A stretch of 64,000 nucleotides of DNA. It comes from a bacterium. Its GTDB lineage: Bacteria; UBA8248. Below, in pieces: positions 41,569 through 52,184 of this stretch. The stretch spans positions 1,600,001-1,664,000 of the forward strand of contig CBDCRP010000003.1 in the NCBI GenBank assembly GCA_965221165.1, in the 5' to 3' direction. The notes below the pieces were generated by a model. That model did no database searches, had not been told where the DNA came from, and was given only the letters and a program-made list of their open reading frames with translations. A program made the position numbers and the translations under genes. How positions within the stretch are numbered: the stretch's first letter is position 1; each line of letters opens with the position of its first letter.

Positions 41569-42255
41569 TCAACCCCCCGACTCGGCTGATGCCGGGAGCG
41601 CTTCTTCCTCCTCGCCGGATGCGCCCTCTTTCGCCCACCAGCAGTTGTTCATGAACTCGACGAAATCTTTTTTCTCGAGCACGGCGGATTTGGTGAAAAG
41701 GGTCATCTGGTCCGTACCTTCTATGTCGCTCTCGAGCGCGTCGGTGAAGCGGTTCCACATGTTGAAATACCCCGAAACCAGCGTCGCCTCGACGAGTTGG
41801 GCGTGATCGTAGTGTTTCTTCATGTTCGCAAGCGCTTCTGGGTTCTGGGCGAACGTGTATTTCGTGAGGTGATACGTCCAGGCGATCGCCGCCTTCTCGG
41901 CGTCGGTGAACAGATCCGAATCCTGATACGCATCGTCCCTTACCGCGTCAATCTGCTCATCCGACAGCCCGCACGCTCGACCGAACGTGACGTTGTGGGC
42001 CGTTCAGTACTTACACCCGTTTTCCATCGAGGTCTTGAGGATCAGCAGCGCCTTGGTCTTCGCGTCGAGCACGTCGGTAATCTCGGCCCGGCACAGCGAG
42101 AGCAAAAAGCCGAACAGCGGCTGAAGCATCTTGGGGCTGGCCGAACTCACCCGTATCGCGTTCGCCACGCGGCCGAACATCTTGCGGCTCGCGTCAAACA
42201 CCACGGCGGCCTCGGGACCCGCCTCCTCATCACTCAGAATCGGTAGTTGCGCCAT
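41569..42255 (-). CDS. AhpD/carboxymuconolactone decarboxylase-like selenoprotein, C-K-Y-U (TGA 42004-42006)
   Basis: Readthrough gives NGCKY-U-TAHN..GRACGLSDEQI...FTDAEKAAIAW...YFNMWNRF, 228 aa without other stops; SECIS present. Confidence 0.9.
41964..42003 (-). promoter_or_regulatory. Putative SECIS element of the CMD/AhpD gene
   Basis: Lower stem ACGGCCC/GGGCUGU, upper stem CACGUUC/GAGCGUG, loop GGUC. Confidence 0.75.
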
Positions 42256-42288
42256 TTGAATTTCCTCTCCCCTTTCGGTTGTCCGATC

Positions 42289-43029
42289 TCAATTCACCGG
42301 AGGCCACAGGCGGCGGCCCACGCTCGGGCTGCCGGGCGCGTGGATGAGCGTTCTCACCACCCGGCCAGACCAGCCGCTCTCATCGAGCGAGAGGCTCTCG
42401 TGCTTCTGGAACCCCTCCTCCCTCGCCTCGAGCGAGGTGAACTCATACATTATCGAATGCTTGGCCCAGCCTGCGGCGGAAAGAAGCTTTCTCGCGCCGA
42501 TGCAGCCGGGCATCTGCTCCATGAATTTCAGGCGATACTGCGCGTACCACGCGCCCAGGTCGTGCTCCGCATCGGCGTCTTCGGCCAGAAACTGCCCCAT
42601 CTGAATCGCGGGTCCCGGCGTGATGCCGGGGCCCCTCTCGGCGACGGCGGGGCCGTCGACGCGCGCCTCCTCGCTGAATATGCACGCGCGGAGCTCCGTG
42701 CGGAGGCCCAGCACGGCGTTCGTCTCGTCATCGTGTTCTTTTTCGACGTCGGCGAGCGTGGGATGAAAAAACACGTGCGGAGACGCAGCCCCGAAAAGGA
42801 GCGCATACTGCGTGCCGCCGGGAAGCTCATCGGGCCCCACATAGGTGAGCGCCGCGCTCTTCACCTGCTCCATCTGCGCTCCGCCGCCGATGACCTCATA
42901 ATGCGCCGCCCACAGAAAGCCCGCCCGCCGCAGCATGGCCGGCAGATGGCTCTCGTGCAGCCACGCGCAATAGTCTTCTCTTTTCTCTTCGGGCAAATCG
43001 TACCAGGACGCCCAGATTCCTCGGTCCAT
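42289..43029 (-). CDS. Hypothetical protein, tandem EthD/DUF4286-like alpha+beta barrel
   Basis: Duplicated W..E.H/R...PG motif (WLHESHLP; WYAQYRL..MPG). Confidence 0.55.
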   Translation of the reverse strand: MDRGIWASWYDLPEEKREDYCAWLHESHLPAMLRRAGFLWAAHYEVIGGGAQMEQVKSAALTYVGPDELPGGTQYALLFGAASPHVFFHPTLADVEKEHDDETNAVLGLRTELRACIFSEEARVDGPAVAERGPGITPGPAIQMGQFLAEDADAEHDLGAWYAQYRLKFMEQMPGCIGARKLLSAAGWAKHSIMYEFTSLEAREEGFQKHESLSLDESGWSGRVVRTLIHAPGSPSVGRRLWPPVN

Positions 43030-43060
43030 CGCATGACTCCATTTATGGATTGGTGAGACT

Positions 43061-43444
43061 TTATTCCACGAAGGTCGTGCCCGCCTTGTCGTGGTGGGAG
43101 CAGTTCCCGTAGGTGGCGATGAGTTCGGCGGGCTCGGTCTTACTCGGGTTCTCCTGCCCGTGGGGCTCGCCGGCGGGCGCGTAGCAGAAATGCCCCGCCT
43201 CGACGAGGATCTTCTCGGGATTTTTCGGGTCCCCGCTATAGACGTAAATCGGCCCCTTGTTCACGTAAAACACGGCGTCGCACGCATGGGTGTGCATCTT
43301 GTTCCGCCCGCCGGGGGGGATGATGGTGCGCTGCATGGTCATGACCTTCGTGTCCGTCGTCTCGTCGTTCACCCCCCACATGATGGAATAGGGAGGCTCG
43401 TAGGCGTTGTCCTTGTCGACGCTCATGGAATTGATGATTTTCAT
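43061..43444 (-). CDS. Cupin domain protein
   Basis: HTH and PAGEPH metal-binding motifs. Confidence 0.8.
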   Translation of the reverse strand: MKIINSMSVDKDNAYEPPYSIMWGVNDETTDTKVMTMQRTIIPPGGRNKMHTHACDAVFYVNKGPIYVYSGDPKNPEKILVEAGHFCYAPAGEPHGQENPSKTEPAELIATYGNCSHHDKAGTTFVE

Positions 43445-43630
43445 GAAACCTTGTCTCCTCGAATCTCCGCGCCGCGCGCGCCGTTCATCCGAACGAATGG
43501 AATGAAAGTTTGCTACCGCCAAGCGATTGGTGAATAATACGCAAATCCTTGGAACGACACCACTTCATCGAGCGATGAGGCACGCTTCCGGGTCGGCGAG
43601 AAAAAAAGACCCCTTGCGACAGGACGGCCC

Positions 43631-44209
43631 ATGTCTTCGGACGAAGAATCAACCAGCGCGCCGAGTCCCATGCTGATGCGCCTGGAAATCTATCTCGCCG
43701 CCGGGATGGCGCTCGCCTCGGCGGGGCTTTCCATCTTCATGCCCTACCTCATCGCGTCGGGCGGCATTTCCTCCGCGCAGGATTTCCTCACGCTCTCTCC
43801 CATCTTCTTCCCGAGGCTCGCGTTCGCGGTGCTCGCCGCCCTGTGCCTGTTCTACCTGCTGGACGCCTGGCGAGGAGCGCGCCACATCCGCTACGCCACC
43901 GATCCGGGCGAGACGACGCGAATCCTCCGAGGCGCGAAGATGTTCCTCATCGTCGCCGCATATTCCATATTCGTGGCAATCCTGGGCTACGGCCTATCGA
44001 CGCTTCTGATGGCGGCGGCGGTCATCTGGTATCTGGGCATCCGGCAGATATGGGTCCTCGCGCCCATGGCGGTCTTGATGCCCATCGTCGTACGCTTCGT
44101 CTTCGAGAGATTGTTGCTCATCTCGCTGCCGAGGAGCGATTTCGAGGCCATCGCCGCCGTCGAGGACGCTATCATGAAGTTTCTCTCCGCCGTCTTTCTC
44201 GGGAAATAG
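43631..44209 (+). CDS. tctB: Tripartite tricarboxylate transporter small subunit
   Basis: 4-5 TM helices, PIFFP, F..LL.I.LP; upstream of tctA. Confidence 0.8.
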   Translation: MSSDEESTSAPSPMLMRLEIYLAAGMALASAGLSIFMPYLIASGGISSAQDFLTLSPIFFPRLAFAVLAALCLFYLLDAWRGARHIRYATDPGETTRILRGAKMFLIVAAYSIFVAILGYGLSTLLMAAAVIWYLGIRQIWVLAPMAVLMPIVVRFVFERLLLISLPRSDFEAIAAVEDAIMKFLSAVFLGK

Positions 44210-44221
44210 GGAGGCCAGGCT

Positions 44222-45727
44222 TTGCTCGATTCCTTTTTTCAGGCCTTCGCCCTCCTGCTGCGGATAGACACCTATCTCTACATCAGCGCAGGTCTTACCA
44301 TCGGCATGTTCGTGGGGGCCATGCCGGGCCTCACCACCATCCTCGCCATGTCGGTTCTTCTGCCCATCTCATTCAAGCTCGAACCCATGCTCGGCATTCC
44401 GTTTCTGATCGGCATCTACAAGGGCGGGATTTACGGAGGCAGCATCCCCGCGATTCTCGTCGGCATTCCCGGAACGGGCGCATCCATCGCCACGACGTTC
44501 GACGGCCCCGCCCTCACCCGCAAGGGCGAGGGGCGAAAGGCGCTCGAGATGGCGCTGTTCTCCTCCACCATCGCCGACACGCTGTCGGACATCTTCACCC
44601 TGGCGCTCATCGGCCCCATCGCCATCGTCACGCTCTTGATCGGGCCGCCGGAGGTGTTCGCCGTCATCATCTTCTCGCTGGTGCTCATCGCGAGCGTATC
44701 GAGCGATTCGGGCCTCAAGGGAGCCATCGCCGCCTGCATCGGCATGGGGCTGGGCTTCATCGGCACCGACGCGACCACCGGGGCCACCCGCATGACGTTC
44801 GACCTGGAAGCCCTGAGCGCGGGCATCCCCCTCATCCCGCTGGCGATCGGCATTTTCGCCATGCCCGAGGTGCTCGAGGCGGTCGAATCGCGCACCGTGC
44901 GCTTCATCAGCGAGCACGTGGACCTCGCCAAGGCGGGAGAGCGCCTGCGCTGGCATGAGTTCAAGGCGTCTATTCGCACCATCGCGCGCTCCACCGCCAT
45001 CGGAACGGGCATCGGCATGGTGCCGGGCGTGGGACAGGTGGTGGCCGCATTCATCGGCTACAGCGCGGCGAAGCGCGCGTCCAAGAATCCCGAGAACTTC
45101 GGCAAGGGCGAACTCGACGGCATCGCGGCGCCCGAGGCCGCGAACAACGCCGTCAACGGCCCCACGCTGGTTCCCCTGCTGACGCTGGGCATTCCGGGAG
45201 ACAACGTCACCGCCATTCTGCTGGGCGCGTTCGTGGCGCACGGGATGCGGCCGGGGCCCCAGATATTTCAGGAACAAGGGGCGCTCATGTACGCCCTCAT
45301 CCTCACCATGGTGCTGGCCAACGTGCTCTTCTTCTTCCTGGGCTACGTTCTGCTCAAGCCCTTCGCCCGCGCCATTCAACTGAAAAAGGCGTATCTCATC
45401 CCCGTCATCGTGGCGCTGGCCTTCGTGGGCACGCTCTCCACGGGAGCGAACTCGGACGTGATACTGATGGTCATCATCGGCGTGTGCGCCTATATCCTGA
45501 GAAAATTCAGGTTCGACCTGGCGCCCCTCATCATCGCCTTTGTGCTGGCCGAACCGATAGAGTACCGTTTGAGCCAGTCGATGCTGTATGCGAAGGGCGC
45601 TCCGTTTTCGTATCTTTTCGTGCAAAGACCAATCGCCTCCGCCTTTCTGGTGGCGGCGCTGATTTGGGTCGGCTATCTCATTCTTCGCCCGATGTGGCGG
45701 CGCGCCAGGGGGCCCGCCGCTTCATGA
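44222..45727 (+). CDS. tctA: Tripartite tricarboxylate transporter large subunit
   Basis: GAMPGL, YGGSIPAIL..IPG, APEAANNA and LTLGIPG. Confidence 0.92.
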   Translation: MLDSFFQAFALLLRIDTYLYISAGLTIGMFVGAMPGLTTILAMSVLLPISFKLEPMLGIPFLIGIYKGGIYGGSIPAILVGIPGTGASIATTFDGPALTRKGEGRKALEMALFSSTIADTLSDIFTLALIGPIAIVTLLIGPPEVFAVIIFSLVLIASVSSDSGLKGAIAACIGMGLGFIGTDATTGATRMTFDLEALSAGIPLIPLAIGIFAMPEVLEAVESRTVRFISEHVDLAKAGERLRWHEFKASIRTIARSTAIGTGIGMVPGVGQVVAAFIGYSAAKRASKNPENFGKGELDGIAAPEAANNAVNGPTLVPLLTLGIPGDNVTAILLGAFVAHGMRPGPQIFQEQGALMYALILTMVLANVLFFFLGYVLLKPFARAIQLKKAYLIPVIVALAFVGTLSTGANSDVILMVIIGVCAYILRKFRFDLAPLIIAFVLAEPIEYRLSQSMLYAKGAPFSYLFVQRPIASAFLVAALIWVGYLILRPMWRRARGPAAS

Positions 45728-45753
45728 GGGCATATTCATCAAAGGAGATCATC

Positions 45754-46734
45754 ATGAAAAAACGCTTCTTCGCCGTCTTGGCCGCGCTGGTTCTGCTCGT
45801 CGGGCTGGGACTGCCCTCCGCGAGCACGGCGGCCTATCCCGATCGCCCCATCACGCTCGTTCTGCCGGTGAGCGCGGGCGGCAGCCACGACCTCCACGCG
45901 CGCGGCATCACCAGCATCATCGCCGACATTCTCGGCCAGCCCATGGTGGTGAAGCTCGTGCCGGGCGGCGCGGGCATGAAGGGCACGGGCTTCGTCGCCA
46001 AGGCCAAGGCGGACGGCTACACCCTGCTCTTCAGCCACAACGGCTTCGACCAGCTCGTGCCGCAAACGCGCAAGGTGCCCTTCAACACGCTGCGCGACTT
46101 CAAGGCCGTCGCCAAGATCAACCACGGGCAGCCGGTGTTCTTCTCGCTCGCGAACAGGCCTTGGAAGAACATGAAGGACTTCGTCGCCTACGCCAAGAAA
46201 AACCCCGGCAAGGTCAACTGGGGCCACAGCGGCGTCTGGGGCGCGGGCCACGTGCCGGCCATGCAGTTCGTGCGCGCGGCGGGCATCAAGGTGAACTTCA
46301 TCCCGCATAAGGGCGGCGGCCCCGCTCTGCGCGCCGTCCTCGCCGGACAGGACGACGTGGGCATCGCCTTCCCGACCCAGCTTCGCCCCCACAAGAAGGC
46401 CGGAAAGGTCACCGTGCTCGCACTCACGGGGAATGCGCGCCTCTCGAAGGACAAGGACTTCAAGGAAGTCCCGACCACGACGGAACTCGGCTACAAGGGC
46501 GTGGGTTTCACGATGGACCGCATCTTCATGGCGCCTGCCAAGACGCCCGCCGACAGGCTGAAGACACTGCGCGAGGCCTTCGTGAAGCTCACGAAGAACA
46601 AATCCTTCAAGCGCTTCATGCGCAGCATCGGCGAAAACGTGGTTTTCGTGAGCGGCGCGGACTATGAAAAGGTCAGAAAGCCGAACTACGACGGCTATAC
46701 GCAACTCATCAAGGCCATGACGATGAAGAAATAG
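45754..46734 (+). CDS. tctC: Tripartite tricarboxylate transporter substrate-binding protein (Bug/TctC)
   Basis: Signal peptide; YPDRPITL, PGGAG, ADGYTL and IPHKGGG. Confidence 0.9.
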   Translation: MKKRFFAVLAALVLLVGLGLPSASTAAYPDRPITLVLPVSAGGSHDLHARGITSIIADILGQPMVVKLVPGGAGMKGTGFVAKAKADGYTLLFSHNGFDQLVPQTRKVPFNTLRDFKAVAKINHGQPVFFSLANRPWKNMKDFVAYAKKNPGKVNWGHSGVWGAGHVPAMQFVRAAGIKVNFIPHKGGGPALRAVLAGQDDVGIAFPTQLRPHKKAGKVTVLALTGNARLSKDKDFKEVPTTTELGYKGVGFTMDRIFMAPAKTPADRLKTLREAFVKLTKNKSFKRFMRSIGENVVFVSGADYEKVRKPNYDGYTQLIKAMTMKK

Positions 46735-46753
46735 GTTTTCAATCTGCGCATCA

Positions 46754-46806
46754 CAGGGGGATGAGCGGCGTCACGGAAAATCCAAGCCGCTCATCCCCTG
46801 TTTTTT
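46754..46806 (+). terminator. Rho-independent terminator after tctC
   Basis: GGGGATGAGCGGC...GCCGCTCATCCCC followed by a T-tract. Confidence 0.7.
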
Positions 46807-46975
46807 GAAATCGTAGACAGGGCATCCCGCAAGAAACACTCCCAACCACCCCCGAAGCTCCCGATACCCTACGCCGCTTGGCGAAACGAAAACTCCAAGC
46901 TATATTGCCCGCCGAACAAGGGAAGAGCAGTTTCTCCCACTCTTGAAAAATCCCACGCGCAGGGAGGCTCCTGTT

Positions 46976-47395
46976 TTGGCCGATATCATTACAGGCATGA
47001 TCAAACGCTACGCCACGGACGACCGCTTCACGCCCGAGCCCGACCCTTCGGGCCGCTCCATCCGGCTGGTGATGAACGAAGTCTGCTGGTTCGAGATCGC
47101 GAAAAACGAGGACGACGGCAAACTCCGCATCAGTTTCGCCACCGCCGACCGCTACATGAACGAGGACATCGAACTCGCCATCCTGGACAGCAAGGACCCG
47201 ATTGACGATTTCGTGTACGACGGCATGGAAGAAGCGGGCGAGGAGGAAGAACACAAAGTCGAGCACTACCACGACGGCGTGTTCCGCTACGCCATCGACC
47301 TGCCTCTGGATAAGCCGGGTCTCGACGAGCAGGCGGCGCGCGTGCTCGATGGCCTGTTCTACACCTTTGAGGAATTCACCGAAGGCGACGATTGA
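46976..47395 (+). CDS. Acidic hypothetical protein
   Basis: Host-like codon usage; GGGAGG RBS before TTG. Confidence 0.6.
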   Translation: MADIITGMIKRYATDDRFTPEPDPSGRSIRLVMNEVCWFEIAKNEDDGKLRISFATADRYMNEDIELAILDSKDPIDDFVYDGMEEAGEEEEHKVEHYHDGVFRYAIDLPLDKPGLDEQAARVLDGLFYTFEEFTEGDD

Positions 47396-47476
47396 TCTTT
47401 AATACTTCGCTCCAAGAGTTCGGGTATCTTTATTTCCGGTCGACACGCCAACAAGTGCGCGTCCGGCGCGGATTGA

Positions 47477-47899
47477 TTAGGACGCATCCCCGATAATCTG
47501 GACTTCCACCCGCCTGCTCCTCGGGCGGTTGTCGAAATCGACCAGGACAATCTGCTGCCAGACGCCGGTAACGAGCGCGCCCCCTCTGAGCGGCAGGGCG
47601 AGGCTCGGCCCCAGCAAGGCGGCGCGGACGTGGGAGAAGCCGTTCCCGTCCCCCCAGCGCGCATCGTGCGCGTAAGCCATCCCCTCGGGCGCGATGCGGT
47701 CGATCGCCTCTTTCAAGTCCGAAATTGCGCCCGGTTCATACTCCATCGTCGTCAGGCCCGCCGTCGAGCCCGGCGTGAAGGCCACGACGATTCCGCTCAG
47801 AACCCCGCTTCTGGCGACGGCGCGCTCCACCTGCGGCGTGATGTCCAGAATATCCGTCCGCCCCTTCGTTTCGACCACGAAGCCGTCTTCGAACGCCAC
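47477..47899 (-). CDS. yjbQ: YjbQ/UPF0047 family protein
   Basis: GSTAGLTTMEYE, GNGFSH and GVWQQIVLVDFD. Confidence 0.9.
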   Translation of the reverse strand: MAFEDGFVVETKGRTDILDITPQVERAVARSGVLSGIVVAFTPGSTAGLTTMEYEPGAISDLKEAIDRIAPEGMAYAHDARWGDGNGFSHVRAALLGPSLALPLRGGALVTGVWQQIVLVDFDNRPRSRRVEVQIIGDAS

Positions 47900-48021
47900 C
47901 GGGAAACCTCCTCGATTTCAGGTTGAACCAAGAAACTCCTCGTAAAAATCCGAATCATGAAAAACCACGCGAAAAAAAGCGGCCCCCGCTCGAGAGCCGC
48001 TTTTCGGTTCGCGCCTTTTGT

Positions 48022-49191
48022 CTACCCGCGTTCTCCAATCGGCGTGTACTGCGATTCCAGGTCGCCGATGTAGACCGCGCGGGGCCTGAAGAGCCGGTTC
48101 TCGGGCAGATATTCGAGGATGCGCGCCGACCAGCCTGCGATGCGCGGCACGGCGAAGATGGGCGTGAACATATCCGTGTCGATGCCCATGGCGTCGTAGA
48201 TGACGCCCGAGAAAAAATCGACGTTGGGGAAAATGCCCTTGCCCCCCAGGTCCGCCACCACGAGGGCTTCGAGCTTTTTCGCTATCTCGTAGAGATGGCC
48301 CGTGCCGGCGCGCCCGGAGAATTCCTTGGCGATGGGGTCGAACAGCCGCGCCCTCGGGTCGTAGGCCTTGTACACGCGGTGGCCGAAGCCCATCACCTTC
48401 ACCCTTTTCTCCTTCGCCGCCGCGAACCACTCTCCCGTAGTGGCGGGGTCTCCTATCTCCTGGAACGTGCGCAGCGTGGCCTCGTTCGCGCCGCCGTGCA
48501 GAGGCCCCTTGAGCGAGCCTATCCCTGCGACGATGGAACTGTAGAAATCAGTCAAGGAGCTGTTCGTCACCATCGAGGAGAAGGTGGAGGCGTTCATGCC
48601 GTGTTCGGCGTGGATGATGAGCGCCATGTCCATCACTTCCGCCGTGCGCTGGTCGGGCGTCTCGCCCGTCATCATGCGGAGGAAATCCTCGGAGAGGCCC
48701 CTCGTGGGGTCGGGCTCCAGGAGGAACTCGCCCCTTCTCGCCCGCTGGATGGCCGCCACGAGGGTGGGGAACTGCGCCGTCAGCGTGAGGGCGATGTCGA
48801 AATCGTTCTCCACCGTCACCTCGAATTCCCTGGGGTTCAGGCAGCCGAGCATGGAGACGGCGGTGCGCAGCGTGCTCATGGGGTGGCACCTGGAGGCGAT
48901 CTGCACGATCAGGTCTTTCACTTCCTGGGGAATGCTGCGGCGCAAGGCCAGATCCGCGTTGAAGACGTCGAGTTCGCTCCGGGTGGGCAGCTTCCCGTTG
49001 AGCAGCAGGTAGACCGTTTCCTCATAGCCCCCGCCTCCGGCGCAGAGGTCGTCGATGCTGTATCCGCGATAGATGAGCTTGCCGTTCGCCCCATCCACGT
49101 AGCTGATGGCGCTTTCGTTCGTGATGGCTCCCTCGAGGCCTTTCTTGAATTCCACGCTGCCAACGAATTGGCGGGGTTTTTCTTCAGCCAT
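48022..49191 (-). CDS. gltA: Citrate synthase (or 2-methylcitrate synthase)
   Basis: KGLEG, HAEHGMNASTF, GPLHGGANE, GFGHRVY and PNVDF. Confidence 0.9.
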   Translation of the reverse strand: MAEEKPRQFVGSVEFKKGLEGAITNESAISYVDGANGKLIYRGYSIDDLCAGGGGYEETVYLLLNGKLPTRSELDVFNADLALRRSIPQEVKDLIVQIASRCHPMSTLRTAVSMLGCLNPREFEVTVENDFDIALTLTAQFPTLVAAIQRARRGEFLLEPDPTRGLSEDFLRMMTGETPDQRTAEVMDMALIIHAEHGMNASTFSSMVTNSSLTDFYSSIVAGIGSLKGPLHGGANEATLRTFQEIGDPATTGEWFAAAKEKRVKVMGFGHRVYKAYDPRARLFDPIAKEFSGRAGTGHLYEIAKKLEALVVADLGGKGIFPNVDFFSGVIYDAMGIDTDMFTPIFAVPRIAGWSARILEYLPENRLFRPRAVYIGDLESQYTPIGERG

Positions 49192-49586
49192 GGGCGTCTC
49201 CAAGCGCATAGTGATGAGTGAGCTTCAACAATACGTTTATTATCAACGGGTTTCGGAGCCCAAAACCCCGGGCCGCGAAACCACTATTGATAACGTATAC
49301 TGTATACAATTTAACGAAATATAATAATAATTTTACTATACAAGTATTCCCGTTCTTTATGCAATACGAATTATCGAATGGAAAAAGACCGGGTGAGCGA
49401 ATGAAACGAAACGTTTTGAAAAGCGACGCTCCAAAGCGTTCTCATCCCTCTCCCACCGCGCGCGTACTTCGCGCCTCCGGGGCTTTGCTTGACACCCCGC
49501 GCGCGCGACCGTAGAAACCTTGAGCGAACAGACTCAGGCTTGGCCGAGGAGAGGACACCCAATCCCCCGCACCGGAAACCCGAACC

Positions 49587-50321
49587 ATGGCCCGACTGAC
49601 CGACTACCGTGCACTGACGTTCGACTGCTACGGCACCCTCATCGACTGGGAGGCCGGAATCTGGGATGCCTTACAACCCCTGATCATGGGGGGCGGCGAA
49701 CAGGCGGTGACGCGCGAGGCCGCACTCCTCGCCTTCGCGAAGTGGGAAGCCCACCACGAGCACGCCTCCCCCGAACTTCGCTATCCCGACCTCTTAACTT
49801 GCGTCCACCGGAGCATGGCGGAGAGCTTAGGTCTTAAGACGAACGACGCGCTCGATGAGGCGTTCGGCGCATCGGTGCCGCTGTGGCCTGCGTTCTCTGA
49901 TACCGCGGACGCGCTGCGCATCTTGAAGAGGCATTATAAGCTCGTCATTCTCTCCAACGTGCACCGCGAGGGCTTCGCCGCCTCGAACCGCAAGCTGGGC
50001 GTCGAGTTCGACGCGGTCTACACCGCCGAGGAGGTCGGGTCCTACAAGCCCGCCGACGCCAACTTCGAGTATCTCCTCTCGCACCTCAAGTCGGACTTCG
50101 ATCTCGACCGCTCCGACGTCCTGCACACCGCGCAGAGCCTGCGCCACGACCATGCGCCGGCGAACCGTTTCGGCCTCGCCAACGCCTGGATCGACCGGCA
50201 GAGGCTCTCCGAGGGAGGAAGCTGGGGGGCGACGGAAAAAGTCGAAACGACCCCGACGACCGATTTCATCTTCTTCTCGATGGACGAGATGGCCGAAGCC
50301 GTAGAGGCCGAGGGGGGTTGA
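49587..50321 (+). CDS. HAD-family haloacid dehalogenase type II-like
   Basis: FDCYGTLIDWE, LSN, YKP and HTAQSL.HD. Confidence 0.88.
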   Translation: MARLTDYRALTFDCYGTLIDWEAGIWDALQPLIMGGGEQAVTREAALLAFAKWEAHHEHASPELRYPDLLTCVHRSMAESLGLKTNDALDEAFGASVPLWPAFSDTADALRILKRHYKLVILSNVHREGFAASNRKLGVEFDAVYTAEEVGSYKPADANFEYLLSHLKSDFDLDRSDVLHTAQSLRHDHAPANRFGLANAWIDRQRLSEGGSWGATEKVETTPTTDFIFFSMDEMAEAVEAEGG

Positions 50322-50618
50322 GTGGAGCGCGGCGGGGGCGAGTGCTTCAACTCGTGTTAATCGAGATTGAACCCATCGACGTAGACATTTGTCCGTATGA
50401 TTACCTTAAAAAAAGCAGGGGCCTCGTGAGAGGCCCCGCACCCGGCGGTCGAAACCCTCCGGGGGAGTGAAGAAAAAATGCCGCTATTCCGGCTCAACGT
50501 CAACAGAAAAAATAGCGACTCCACCCGCATCCGCCGGGGATTGTCGGGAAGTGTGGCGCGTCAACACGTTTCCCGAAAAGGCTTTGAACGCCTGCCGGGA
50601 GATGCGCCCGTCGTGCGT

Positions 50619-51479
50619 TCAGTTTCCCCGTCGCTGGAGCACGACGCGGGAGTAGACCCCTTCGATGTTGAGTTCGCGCCAATTGGCGTAGGAACCCCAA
50701 TCCTTGTACTTATCGAGGGTGATCGACGCCTTCATCTGTTGCAGGCTCCGACCCGCGCGCGCGGCGGCGACGACGGCGTTGTACAGGTCCTCGTGGTAGC
50801 GGCGATGATCGGCGACGTCCTTCTTGGCGCCCATGGCCCCGTGACCGGGCGCCAGGATGTCGAAGTCCAGCCGCTCGACACGCCGCAACGAGTCGATCCA
50901 GTCAGGGTAGTAGGAATCGGAGAGGTTGCGGTAGGGCAGGCGCTTGACCGACACGAAGTCGACGGCGAACAGGGTCCGCTCCTCGGGGAACAGCATCACG
51001 ATTGAGTTGTCCGAGTGGTTGCGGCCCGTATAGATGAGCTCGACCCGCTTGCCCCCCAGCGCCACCGTCATGCGGTCGGTGAACGTGATGTCGGGCACCG
51101 CGGTCGGACGGCCTTCGCCGATGATCGCGGCCTTGGTCCTCTCGTGGGCGATCACCGTCGCGGTGTCGGCGAAGACCTCGCCGCCGGCGCTGTGGTCGCG
51201 GTGATCGTGGCTGAGAATCAGGTACTTGACCGGCCGGTTGAATCGCTTGGCGATCTCGGCTTTGAGCCAGGTGGCCGCCTCTTTGTTGATGGGATCGGTG
51301 ACGATCACGCCATCCGGCGTCACCAGGAAGACGGAATAGTGAAATTTGTTCTGGAAGCGGTAGAGATCGCCCGCGATGCGGGTGATGGCGCGTTTGGCCT
51401 GTGCGTGAAGCGCGCCGGGCGCCAGGAGGGCGGCGGCGAGGAACACGGCGGCGATAAGCCGCGATAGGGCTGGTTTCAT
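50619..51479 (-). CDS. Secreted MBL-fold metallo-hydrolase
   Basis: Signal peptide; SHDHRDH, NHS and PGHG. Confidence 0.88.
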   Translation of the reverse strand: MKPALSRLIAAVFLAAALLAPGALHAQAKRAITRIAGDLYRFQNKFHYSVFLVTPDGVIVTDPINKEAATWLKAEIAKRFNRPVKYLILSHDHRDHSAGGEVFADTATVIAHERTKAAIIGEGRPTAVPDITFTDRMTVALGGKRVELIYTGRNHSDNSIVMLFPEERTLFAVDFVSVKRLPYRNLSDSYYPDWIDSLRRVERLDFDILAPGHGAMGAKKDVADHRRYHEDLYNAVVAAARAGRSLQQMKASITLDKYKDWGSYANWRELNIEGVYSRVVLQRRGN

Positions 51480-51651
51480 GAGGACCTCCTTGCGCTTTGG
51501 CGGCGTGGTGGGAACCGGTCCCGCCCGGGAGCAGGACGCAGCAACCAAGCGTACTATCCCGTGCTCGGCGGGGTCAAACACACGTTCGTGACCTGCGGGG
51601 GAGCATGAACTCGCGACCCTGCTCACGCCGCGATGCCTCCTTTCTCCGGCC

Positions 51652-52023
51652 TCAACTCCGCCGCGCAAGCCACCACGACGACACCCAGACCGGCAGACTT
51701 AAGGTCACCGCGTAGACGGCGATGGCGATAGGACCGAGCAATCCCGCCACCAGCGACGCCGCCACCGTGAGGACGCCGAGCCCGACCCCCGCCGTCCAGG
51801 CGGCGCGTCGGTAACCCAGCCGCCACAATCGTCGACACCCCAGCGCCAGCGGCAGGCCGCAAGGCGCGACCGGGATCAGCGACCCCATCGACATCGGCAT
51901 CGACATCCACATCGCGGGCTCACTCCCGAAGCGCACGACCGCGGTCGCGACCACCCCTGCCGGCAGCCACAAGAGCGCCAGCGCCCAGAAACCGCGCCGC
52001 CCGATGAATTCTTGTCTATTCAT
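51652..52023 (-). CDS. Hypothetical membrane protein
   Basis: About 4 hydrophobic helices; GAGG RBS. Confidence 0.55.
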   Translation of the reverse strand: MNRQEFIGRRGFWALALLWLPAGVVATAVVRFGSEPAMWMSMPMSMGSLIPVAPCGLPLALGCRRLWRLGYRRAAWTAGVGLGVLTVAASLVAGLLGPIAIAVYAVTLSLPVWVSSWWLARRS

Positions 52024-52184
52024 GCCTCATCTGACCCGAATCCCGAACCGCCCGCAAGCCGGGATGGACCTCCAGACATCTACATCTTCGAGGATAAAAG
52101 CGAAGGCTAAACGACGATGTGGTCGGGGCGGATAATTCTGCCACCATTGCAGCGGTGATGGCAGGGAAGATAAACTTTCCTTGA

